Shown: positions 52,826-60,371 of the stretch, in pieces
Position numbering within the stretch: the first letter of the stretch is position 1
How the letters are laid out: each line of letters starts with the position of its first letter
Source: a virus
Taxonomy: Duplodnaviria > Caudoviricetes
Strand: one strand, 5' to 3'
IMG/VR virus record: IMGVR_UViG_3300030620_000006
Coordinates: 1 to 62,627 of that record
DNA length: 62,627 nt
The notes under the pieces: model-generated
What the model was told of the DNA's origin: nothing
What the model saw: only the letters and a program-made list of their open reading frames with translations
Database searches by the model: none
Position numbers and translations under genes: made by a program

Positions 52826-53304
52826 CTGACGACTCCACCCCTGACGTACAGCGGATCGCCCGCCTCGAGACTTCGCTGCTCGGACTCCAGCAGCAGGTCT
52901 CGGGCATCGGCAGCAGCGTCGAGCGTTTGGCCTCGGAGATCCGCGACGCCCGCCGGCCGCAGTGGCAGCTCATGCTCGGCGTCGGCGGCATGCTGATCAT
53001 GTCGGTCGGCATGGCCTCCAGCCTGATCCTCTTCGTGGTGACGTTGCTGATCTCGCCCCTGTCGGCGGCACAGGTCGAGCACACCGCACAGGTCGATCGC
53101 CATCAGGACCGGCTCGACGGGCTGCGCGATTCGAGCGTCTCCCAGGGAGCGGCCCTGACCGAGGTCGAGACGCAGTTCCGGGCGCTGTCCAACTACCGCA
53201 ACCTGACCGACTCTCACCAGGACAGGCTGACGGCGCTGCTGTGGCGGCGGGTCTACGACGAGGATCTGCCGGGTGACGGGGAGCGGCCGACTGTCGGCCG
53301 GTAG
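52822..53304 (+). CDS. Membrane protein with coiled coils
   Basis: RIARLET coiled coil, a long hydrophobic segment, then a second coiled coil. Confidence 0.65.
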   Translation: MTDDSTPDVQRIARLETSLLGLQQQVSGIGSSVERLASEIRDARRPQWQLMLGVGGMLIMSVGMASSLILFVVTLLISPLSAAQVEHTAQVDRHQDRLDGLRDSSVSQGAALTEVETQFRALSNYRNLTDSHQDRLTALLWRRVYDEDLPGDGERPTVGR

Positions 53305-53370
53305 TGTTATGATCGCCCCCGCACCGAAGGCGCAGCCAGGATCACGCATGCCCACCCGCGAGCCGAGATC

Positions 53371-53568
53371 ATGCCCCCGCTGCGCCCCTACCTGCTGCGC
53401 GTCGACTACCGCTTCGGCGCACGCGACGATCCCGACGCCCGGGCTCGTGTCGCCGGCGTAGTCGAGCAGGCCCTCCGGGGCATCGGCGTCCGAGACAGCG
53501 AGACGGCGGTCAAGCTGCAACATCTGCGGGAGGGGGCGACTCCGCGGCGGGTGGTGCTGGTTCCCTGA
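53371..53568 (+). CDS. Small hypothetical protein
   Basis: 65 aa ORF with typical codon usage. Confidence 0.5.
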   Translation: MPPLRPYLLRVDYRFGARDDPDARARVAGVVEQALRGIGVRDSETAVKLQHLREGATPRRVVLVP

Positions 53569-53604
53569 CTGAAATCCGTTAGAACCCCACAAGGCTCGCG
53601 ATCG

Positions 53605-53621
53605 GTTCTACGCTGTAGAAC
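53605..53621. promoter_or_regulatory. Palindromic operator candidate
   Basis: GTTCTAC-GCT-GTAGAAC abutting the ATG of the Arc-like gene. Confidence 0.5.
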
Positions 53622-53819
53622 ATGACAGCGGCCCGCGAGCACGAAGCGTCCATCCACTTCCGCCTCCCGGTCGACCTGGCGGGCGCTCTGCGTCAGCGGG
53701 CCGAGGACAACGGGCGCACCCTGAGCGGTGAGTTGCGCTGGCTCGTCCGGGGGGCAATCGAGCGCAGCGAGCCCGGTGGACGGCACTGCCGGGCCGCTGC
53801 GGGGAGGGCGAAGCGATGA
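53622..53819 (+). CDS. Arc-like ribbon-helix-helix regulator
   Basis: IHFRLPVDLAGALRQRAEDNGRTLSGELRWLV. Confidence 0.8.
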   Translation: MTAAREHEASIHFRLPVDLAGALRQRAEDNGRTLSGELRWLVRGAIERSEPGGRHCRAAAGRAKR

Positions 53820-54415
53820 GCAAGCCCGACCACCCCACCCCCTTCGCCTACCAGGCCGCCGCCTGGCTGCTGATGTGCGAGCCCGCGGCGATCCGTGCGG
53901 TCGCCGAGGTCGAGGCCGGTCCGCATGGCGCCTTCCTCGACTCGGGCGAGCCGACCATCCTGTTCGAGCGCCACGTCTTCCATGGGCTGACCCGCGGCCG
54001 CTTCGCGGGTGCTCGGGTGCCCGGCGCTCCGGCGTCCTGGTCGCTGATCTCGATCCCGATCCCGGGAGGCTACGGGCCGACCTCTGCGCAGCATCGGCGT
54101 CTCCAGGCGGCGGTAGCGCTCGACCGAGACGCGGCGCTGCGCTCCGCCTCGTGGGGGCTGTACCAGCAGCTCGGCCGCGATCAGCAGTACTCACCGAGCC
54201 TCCAGCGCTTCATCACCGCGATGTACCGCGGGGTGGACGACCACCTGCGAGCGTTCGTCATGTTCATCCGGGCGAACGAGCGGCTGGTCGACGCGCTGCG
54301 GGGGCTCGACTGGCCGACCTTCGCGCGCTGGTACAACGGCCCCAGTCACGCTCGACACGACTACGCGGGGCGGATGGCTGCGGCGTACGAGCGGGCGCTA
54401 GGAGTGGAGCCATGA
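53816..54415 (+). CDS. Endolysin, N-acetylmuramidase (DUF3380-type)
   Basis: AVAEVEA, PTILFERHVF, SASWGLYQ and FARWYNGP. Confidence 0.92.
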   Translation: MSKPDHPTPFAYQAAAWLLMCEPAAIRAVAEVEAGPHGAFLDSGEPTILFERHVFHGLTRGRFAGARVPGAPASWSLISIPIPGGYGPTSAQHRRLQAAVALDRDAALRSASWGLYQQLGRDQQYSPSLQRFITAMYRGVDDHLRAFVMFIRANERLVDALRGLDWPTFARWYNGPSHARHDYAGRMAAAYERALGVEP

Positions 54416-54834
54416 CCCGCCGCCCTCCCCTCCCGCTCGCTGGTCGCGTCGCCCGGGACGTGATGGGGTGGGACGTGTGCCGCGACCAGGCCGACTGCGA
54501 TAACGCCCCGGCCGTGGTCTGGGCGGGCAATCGCTGGCGAGTCAACGGACTGCTGCCGGAGGACTCTCTGGACGCGTGGCCGGAGGCCCCGGAGTGGGAC
54601 CCGCTGGCCAACCCCGGCGACCTGATGGACGTGATCGAGTCCTTGCTGGATCGGGGTTTGCGAGTGGAGCTTGAGGCATGGCCGGATGAGCGCACCGCCT
54701 GTGCTTACGTGTGGACTTCGAGCGGCGGAAGGTCTTGGGACTCTCGGCTGCGCTGGCGGAGGGACAGTTCTGATCGGCGCGGCGCCCTCGCTCGAGCGGT
54801 TTGCCGGGCGGCACTGGAGGCGGTGAAGTCGTGA
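54412..54834 (+). CDS. Phage ABA-sandwich-like protein
   Basis: WDPLANPGDLMDVIE...LARAVCRAAL. Confidence 0.55.
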   Translation: MTRRPPLPLAGRVARDVMGWDVCRDQADCDNAPAVVWAGNRWRVNGLLPEDSLDAWPEAPEWDPLANPGDLMDVIESLLDRGLRVELEAWPDERTACAYVWTSSGGRSWDSRLRWRRDSSDRRGALARAVCRAALEAVKS

Positions 54835-55037
54835 GCGAAATCCGCATCGACTACCTTCCCCGCGGCCGTACGGTCTACGGTCCCGTCTCGCTCGCCGACT
54901 TATCACGCCTCATTCGGAGTTGGGTGACCGAGGGCTACACCATCGCCGACGCTGCCATCGCCGCCCACCTCGGCGCGACGCTGGCCGTCACGACTGCCGA
55001 GGGGTCGCGGGCTTGGCGAGAGGAGCTGGGGCTGTGA
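54831..55037 (+). CDS. Small hypothetical protein
   Basis: GTGA coupling on both sides. Confidence 0.55.
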   Translation: MSEIRIDYLPRGRTVYGPVSLADLSRLIRSWVTEGYTIADAAIAAHLGATLAVTTAEGSRAWREELGL

Positions 55038-55630
55038 GCGCCTTCGCCTGGCTCAACGACTTCGCCCGCTGGCTCGCCGCGTGGGTTCCGCGCTTGACGC
55101 TGGTCCCGCCGACACACCGGGCGATCCTTTTCGGTCCCCGCGGCGGCGCCGTAGAGCGCGGCCCTGGCATCGTCTTTTGGTGGCCAATCGCCCAAAAGAT
55201 GAGGCGCATCCCGACGGTGCCGCAGGCGATGGAGACGTGTTCGCGCCTCCTGCCGCTCGCGCCGCAGGTCAGTGGTGGACCGATGGCCGACATCGTCCCC
55301 CGCGCTGCCGTGGTCGGGTTGGTGATCGAGTTTACGATCGTTGATCCACTGCTCGCCGCGCTGGCGACAACCCAACTCCGGGCCATCATCGACAACCGGG
55401 TGCAAGCGCGGTTCGGCAAGGAGTGGAGCGGCCAGGTCGACTCCGCAGCCGCCGTTGCGGAGCGCACGGCGACCGCGACCGGCCCCGGCCTACTGCGCAG
55501 CTTCGGTGTGCGCCTCGACTCGGTGCAGGTCGGCAACGCTGGGCCGGTCGCGTCGATCAAGCTCGTGAATGACTGGAGCCACTCCAACGCCGATGACGAC
55601 GACAGCGAAAGCGCGGGGGACGCCTCGTGA
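55034..55630 (+). CDS. SPFH/band-7 domain protein
   Basis: VPPTHRAILF...GPGIVFWWPI...IEFTIVDP...FGVRLDSV. Confidence 0.75.
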   Translation: MSAFAWLNDFARWLAAWVPRLTLVPPTHRAILFGPRGGAVERGPGIVFWWPIAQKMRRIPTVPQAMETCSRLLPLAPQVSGGPMADIVPRAAVVGLVIEFTIVDPLLAALATTQLRAIIDNRVQARFGKEWSGQVDSAAAVAERTATATGPGLLRSFGVRLDSVQVGNAGPVASIKLVNDWSHSNADDDDSESAGDAS

Positions 55631-55751
55631 CCGGCTGGGGCGTCCGCGACCCGGAGGGGCGGCTACTGGACACCTCCGGTCCCTCGCCTGGGTGGGCGCG
55701 CGTGTTTCTGCTCCTCGCTGAGCTGGCGGAGAAGGCGCGGAGGGCGAACCG

Positions 55752-56399
55752 GTGAGCGAGGAAAGCTACGGTTGGGGGGTGAGAATCACCCTGAGGCGCA
55801 GCTTGCTCGACGCCTTCCAGGATCTCTGTAGGCGGCGCGGCAGGAGCTACAGCTCCGTACTACGCGACCTGATCGCTGCCGAGGTCGAGGCCGACCGCGG
55901 TGGTATCTCGGAGCGTGGCCGGCAGCTACTCAGGCGCCGGTACGCGCGCGCCAAAGCCGGCATCCCCGCCCTCCTGCTCGCCCTCGCCTCCCCGCTCGCC
56001 GCTCAGGAGGTCGGCCCGGTCGAGCAGCCCCCGGACGTACTCGCCGAGCCCGAGCCCCCGGCGCCCGAGCCCGGCCTCTACGCCGCCGCCTTCTGCACCC
56101 AGCGGAAGGGTGAGAACGATCCCTCGGCCCGCTGCGACCTCGGCGTCGCTGTCCCCCTCTACCACCGGGTGAGCCCGGAGACTCGCCGCGGCTGGGCTGT
56201 GGTCGGCTTCCTCGGCGGGGGCGGTGCGGGCGAAGGGGAAGACCTCGGAATCGCCGGCGTCGGCGCCTCGTGGCTGTTCCCGGTGGGCGAGCGGCAGGGC
56301 GGGCTGGGACTCGGCTGGTCCGTGTTGTGGGGAGGCGAGGGGATCGACGTTGCGGATGGGCGGTTAACGGTGGGGTTTACGATTGGGGGGAGACGATGA
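55752..56399 (+). CDS. RHH-like N-terminus fused to a signal-peptide-like segment and a beta-strand-rich domain
   Basis: VRITLRRSLLDAFQDLCRRRGRSYSSVLRDLI, then IPALLLALASPLAA-Q, then amphipathic Gly/aromatic strands. Confidence 0.6.
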   Translation: MSEESYGWGVRITLRRSLLDAFQDLCRRRGRSYSSVLRDLIAAEVEADRGGISERGRQLLRRRYARAKAGIPALLLALASPLAAQEVGPVEQPPDVLAEPEPPAPEPGLYAAAFCTQRKGENDPSARCDLGVAVPLYHRVSPETRRGWAVVGFLGGGGAGEGEDLGIAGVGASWLFPVGERQGGLGLGWSVLWGGEGIDVADGRLTVGFTIGGRR

Positions 56400-56704
56400 G
56401 TTCCTACGACTGCGCCCGTCCCTACGGTGACGCCGGGTTCCAGGACCTCATCATCCCGAACGCATGGTGGCGGAAGATCTCGCCCACCGGAGACGAGGGC
56501 GGTTTGCTCTGCCCCTGCTGCATCATTCGACGGCTCCACGACGCCGGGGCTCGCAGCGTGCCGGCGGCCTTCATGAGCGGGCCGCTGCGCACCGTGTCCC
56601 CCGAGCTGATGGAGACGATGCGGTGGGTCGAGAACCTCCGCGAGCAGGCGGGTCACGACACTTCGATTTCGGGTCCAATCGCGGAGGTGCCCGATGGGGA
56701 GTAG
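56396..56704 (+). CDS. Hypothetical protein (Cys motifs)
   Basis: WRKISP...GLLCPCCIIRRL. Confidence 0.6.
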   Translation: MSSYDCARPYGDAGFQDLIIPNAWWRKISPTGDEGGLLCPCCIIRRLHDAGARSVPAAFMSGPLRTVSPELMETMRWVENLREQAGHDTSISGPIAEVPDGE

Positions 56705-57605
56705 AAAGCAGCCGACCCCGCCGCCGATGGATCACGGACGCAGCTTCGTGCACGAGAATCCGCCGCCGGCGAGCCCTCCGCCAGTCGGACACCGCCCCGA
56801 GCAGCCGACGAAGAAGCCGAGCGGTCCCCCACCCGACCCACCCCCGACGCCGAGTGGCCGCGCTCACCTCGGCGCGCATGCCGGCCTGCCGCAGATTTCG
56901 GTGGACGTTCCAATGCCATCGGTGAGGCCGCCGCGCCGAGACGACCGCGAGCGCACGGCCTACCGAGGAGAATCCTCGTCCGCCGGTGTCGTCACGAAGC
57001 GCATTGACCGCGGAGACGGCGCCTCCGAGCTGTCGTTCTACGCGATCGGGCCGAAGCGGTCGACCTACGGCGAGGCGCTGGCCGATCTTCACTTGCTCTC
57101 TGGAGCGCTCCACGACTTCGTCTTCGCCTGCCCCGCCTGTGGCCACCCGGGCGCGCAGACCGTCGAGCCCGATGTGGATATCCACGCCGGCGCCTCCTAC
57201 ACCTGCGATCAGTGCGGAGCGGACGTGCACTTCGAGGCGTTGACGCGGGCGGAGTACCTTGCGCTAGCCAACGAGGCCGCGGCGGCAGTGCGACTCGCCG
57301 CCCGCGCCTGGACCTACTGCTGCGACGCGCTGCCGGAGACGGCGGGGCGGTACGAGGTGGCCTGCTGGACGACGAACGGCGTCCTGGTTGGCCAGCCACT
57401 GCGCCTTTTCCGCTTCTTCTCGACGTTCTCCGAAGAGGGGCGCTGGCGCCTGTCGAACTGGTCGCCACCAGAGGGCGGACACGAGACCGTCTACGCCTGG
57501 CGCCCCATCGTCGAGGACCCGCCCCCCCTCCGCCCCGCCGATCGCGACTTCCTACTCGCCGCCGGGGTGCCGGCGGAGTGGCTGACCGAACCGAAAGGAG
57601 ACTGA
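56694..57605 (+). CDS. Mosaic hypothetical protein (Pro-rich region, zinc ribbon, DUF551-like end)
   Basis: CPACG...CDQCG; LPETAGRYEV...VYAWRPI. Confidence 0.6.
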   Translation: MGSRKQPTPPPMDHGRSFVHENPPPASPPPVGHRPEQPTKKPSGPPPDPPPTPSGRAHLGAHAGLPQISVDVPMPSVRPPRRDDRERTAYRGESSSAGVVTKRIDRGDGASELSFYAIGPKRSTYGEALADLHLLSGALHDFVFACPACGHPGAQTVEPDVDIHAGASYTCDQCGADVHFEALTRAEYLALANEAAAAVRLAARAWTYCCDALPETAGRYEVACWTTNGVLVGQPLRLFRFFSTFSEEGRWRLSNWSPPEGGHETVYAWRPIVEDPPPLRPADRDFLLAAGVPAEWLTEPKGD

Positions 57606-57609
57606 ACCC

Positions 57610-58035
57610 ATGGACCGAACGATCGACGCAGCTTACATCGTCACGATCGCCGTCTCTTTCGCCGCCGCGGTCTTCATCGCCTGTGCCCCGCCGCCGGCCG
57701 ACCCGCCCGCCATCGAGGCCGCCGACCGCTACGCCGACCTCTGCGGCCAGTACGGGGGCGAGATCGACGCCGACGGCTGGTGCCGCGGCGCCCGGCCAAC
57801 GGTGCTGCCCGCCCGGTGCTTGATCGAGATCGCGCCGGGCGAGGGCGAGGCGATCTACCTCGACCTCACCGAAGGCGGACAGGCGTCGCAGCCCATCGAC
57901 ATCGGCGACACGTCCGCTGTGGTGCGAGTGATGCGGCCCTACGGTGGGCGACCGGCGACCGTCTCCGGCCAGCAGGAGGAAGGGCCGCCGCGGCCGACCC
58001 CGGAGGACCCGCCGGGCACCGGTCCCGGGGACTGA
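57610..58035 (+). CDS. Putative lipoprotein
   Basis: Hydrophobic N-terminus ending VFIA-C (lipobox-like); AAGGAG RBS. Confidence 0.55.
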   Translation: MDRTIDAAYIVTIAVSFAAAVFIACAPPPADPPAIEAADRYADLCGQYGGEIDADGWCRGARPTVLPARCLIEIAPGEGEAIYLDLTEGGQASQPIDIGDTSAVVRVMRPYGGRPATVSGQQEEGPPRPTPEDPPGTGPGD

Positions 58036-58047
58036 GGAGCCGGAGCC

Positions 58048-58416
58048 GTGACCGTCGAAACGACCAAAGACAGGGGAGCCACTGTCCCGCCCGCCGCCCC
58101 ACCCGGGCTGCCGGCAGCCCTTGAGGTCGAGCGGCTGCGGGCGGCGCTGCTGAAGTCCAAGCGCCGCACCCTCGCGGGGTCGCACGTGTGCCGAGAGCGA
58201 TGCCGGTCGTTTCGGGGTGGCCCTCACGTACCGGACTGTCCTTACGCCGCCCTCTCCGCCCCGCCGGCTTACCTCGCCCCGCTCAAGGAGCTGGTGGCGG
58301 CGGCCGGCGAGTACGCCGCATGGAGCATGGTGCGCGGTGGAGCCGATGACCCGTTCGGACTCGCCGCTGCGCGCCGGGCCGTGCTCGCCGCCTACCCCGA
58401 GCTGGGAGAGGAGTGA
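58048..58416 (+). CDS. Hypothetical protein, paralog of 8150-8551
   Basis: Shared motifs with the paralog. Confidence 0.7.
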   Translation: MTVETTKDRGATVPPAAPPGLPAALEVERLRAALLKSKRRTLAGSHVCRERCRSFRGGPHVPDCPYAALSAPPAYLAPLKELVAAAGEYAAWSMVRGGADDPFGLAAARRAVLAAYPELGEE

Positions 58417-58601
58417 GCGTGGTCGGTCGCGTCTTGGAGGCCATGAGGAGGAGCCGGACCGGAGTGGTCCTGCTGATCGCCCTGGAGCTTCTCGCCCTGC
58501 TGCCGGTTGCCCTGTGCGAGGCCCTCGCCGCGGCGTGGCGGCACCTGCGGGACTTCCCGGCAGCCGTACGGGACGCGTGGGATCTGAGCGAGTGGCCGTG
58601 A
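58413..58601 (+). CDS. Small membrane protein
   Basis: One hydrophobic segment; coupled on both sides. Confidence 0.55.
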   Translation: MSVVGRVLEAMRRSRTGVVLLIALELLALLPVALCEALAAAWRHLRDFPAAVRDAWDLSEWP

Positions 58602-59458
58602 TCTTGACCCGCCCTCCCTCCGCCCTGGTCGGCGCCGACCCGGCCCACTTCGACCCGGATGTGGCCCACGCGCTCGCCGAGCTGGCGCAGATTGCCTACC
58701 GCCCGGCCGGGACTGCCCGCGTCGAGTCCGACGCCGTTGGCTGGCCGGGCTGCCAGAGCCTCCAGGTGGGCGCCGGCCAGCTCGCCGTGCTGTGGGCGCC
58801 AGAGGCGATCGTGGTGAGCGTGCGCGGGTCAGACCAGGGAGCGGACTGGCCGTCCAACCTCCGCGGCATCTGGCGCCGCGGCTGGTCGCGCCTCCCGCCC
58901 GGGTGCCGGGTCGGAATGGGGTGGCTCGGGCAGGCCAAGGCGATGCTGCCGGAGGTGGCGCGGCTCCTGATCTTCGCGCTGTCGAGGCATCCGACGGCGC
59001 CGATCTTCTGGGTGGGGCACTCGGCGGGTGGGCCAATCGCGACGGTGCTGTGCGCCGCCCTCGAGGTGCCCGCTCCGCGGCTGGTCGTGACGTTCTCGGC
59101 GCCGCGCGGGTGGAACCGCCGGGGCGCCGCCTGGTACGACGCCACCTACCCGCAGACGTGGGGCGTCGTTCCCGTGATCCGCGGGGCACCGGACGCCGCG
59201 ACACGGGTGCCGCCGAAGTGGAGCGGTGCTCACCACGTCGGCCGGCGGATCATGCTGGTTGAGGGGCGGGCGCTCGAGAACCTGGAAGACTGGCGCGCGC
59301 TGGAAGACTCGCACCCCGTGGGCTGGCTGCCGTCGTGGCGGATTCTGAGCCGCGTGGTCGCTGGCATCGGCATCCACCCCATAGGGGTCACGGTCGGAGT
59401 GCTGCGGAGGATGGCTGAGGCAGAGGACGTAACCGAAAGAGAGGAGATCGACCGATGA
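58598..59458 (+). CDS. Class 3 lipase-like alpha/beta hydrolase
   Basis: VVSVRGSD, GHSAGG nucleophile elbow, TFSAPR and DAATRVP. Confidence 0.88.
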   Translation: MILTRPPSALVGADPAHFDPDVAHALAELAQIAYRPAGTARVESDAVGWPGCQSLQVGAGQLAVLWAPEAIVVSVRGSDQGADWPSNLRGIWRRGWSRLPPGCRVGMGWLGQAKAMLPEVARLLIFALSRHPTAPIFWVGHSAGGPIATVLCAALEVPAPRLVVTFSAPRGWNRRGAAWYDATYPQTWGVVPVIRGAPDAATRVPPKWSGAHHVGRRIMLVEGRALENLEDWRALEDSHPVGWLPSWRILSRVVAGIGIHPIGVTVGVLRRMAEAEDVTEREEIDR

Positions 59459-60036
59459 CGCCGAAGCCCCCCGCCGGTGATAAGATCCAATCCGGGCTCG
59501 GTAGGGGTCCGGACGCAAGCAGCGAGGTAGGCCGCCCCGATGCGGCAGACCTCGGCGTCCCTTCCCACTGGTCGGGCGGCGAGCACGCCGCGGCTGAACC
59601 CCCGAGCCCCTCTCCCGTCAAGCACCATCCCCCCGCTCGGCCCGTCGGCTCGCCTGGATTGCTGGCCGCCTACCTGGACATTGAGCGACTGCGGGCGGCG
59701 CTGGAAGTGGCCCGCGTGGCGTGCGAGGAACTGGAGCGGCGCGGGTGCCTGAGTCGCGCCGCTCCGTGCTGCGAAGCGGATTGCATCCGCTGCAACGGGA
59801 CCAAGGGAGCAGAGGCTATCCGCGCCGCGCTCCACCATTATTCCCGCCCTGCTTATTCAGCCGAGCACTTCTCAGTCCTGTTCTCCCTGCCCGAGCGATG
59901 GTGGCGGGAGGCCAGCGACGGTCTCGCGATGGACGAGGGAAACCCGGTTGCCCAAGCGGTCGAGGCGAACATCAGGGAGCGGGCTGACGATCTAGCGGCC
60001 ATCCTCGCCAAGCTCAGAGAGGAGTTAGGGCTGTGA
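59455..60036 (+). CDS. Hypothetical protein
   Basis: LDIERLRAAL motif shared with 8150-8551 and 58048-58416. Confidence 0.6.
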   Translation: MTPKPPAGDKIQSGLGRGPDASSEVGRPDAADLGVPSHWSGGEHAAAEPPSPSPVKHHPPARPVGSPGLLAAYLDIERLRAALEVARVACEELERRGCLSRAAPCCEADCIRCNGTKGAEAIRAALHHYSRPAYSAEHFSVLFSLPERWWREASDGLAMDEGNPVAQAVEANIRERADDLAAILAKLREELGL

Positions 60037-60371
60037 GCTCCCCTCGATACGGCACTGCGGAGTACCGCGCCGAACTGCGACGCCGCGCGCTGGCGCTCAG
60101 GCCGGCGGGGCGCGGCAAGAGGACGCCGAAGCGGCCGCCGGTCTACGTGCGCACCCTACGCCTTCGCACCGGCGGATGGATTCGCCTTGAACTCACCGCC
60201 GACCCAGCGACAATCACGGGCGCCGGTCGCGAACTGGTGGACGATCTCCTGCGCAGGGTGGTCGACTACTACTGGAAACCGCAACAGCGTTCGGAGCCCC
60301 CCCCTGTGACGGGGCGTCTCTCTGTTCGGCTAGGGACCGCAACCGACGGAAAGGGACAAGATGATGAATAG
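60033..60371 (+). CDS. Basic hypothetical protein
   Basis: GTGA coupling. Confidence 0.55.
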   Translation: MSSPRYGTAEYRAELRRRALALRPAGRGKRTPKRPPVYVRTLRLRTGGWIRLELTADPATITGAGRELVDDLLRRVVDYYWKPQQRSEPPPVTGRLSVRLGTATDGKGQDDE

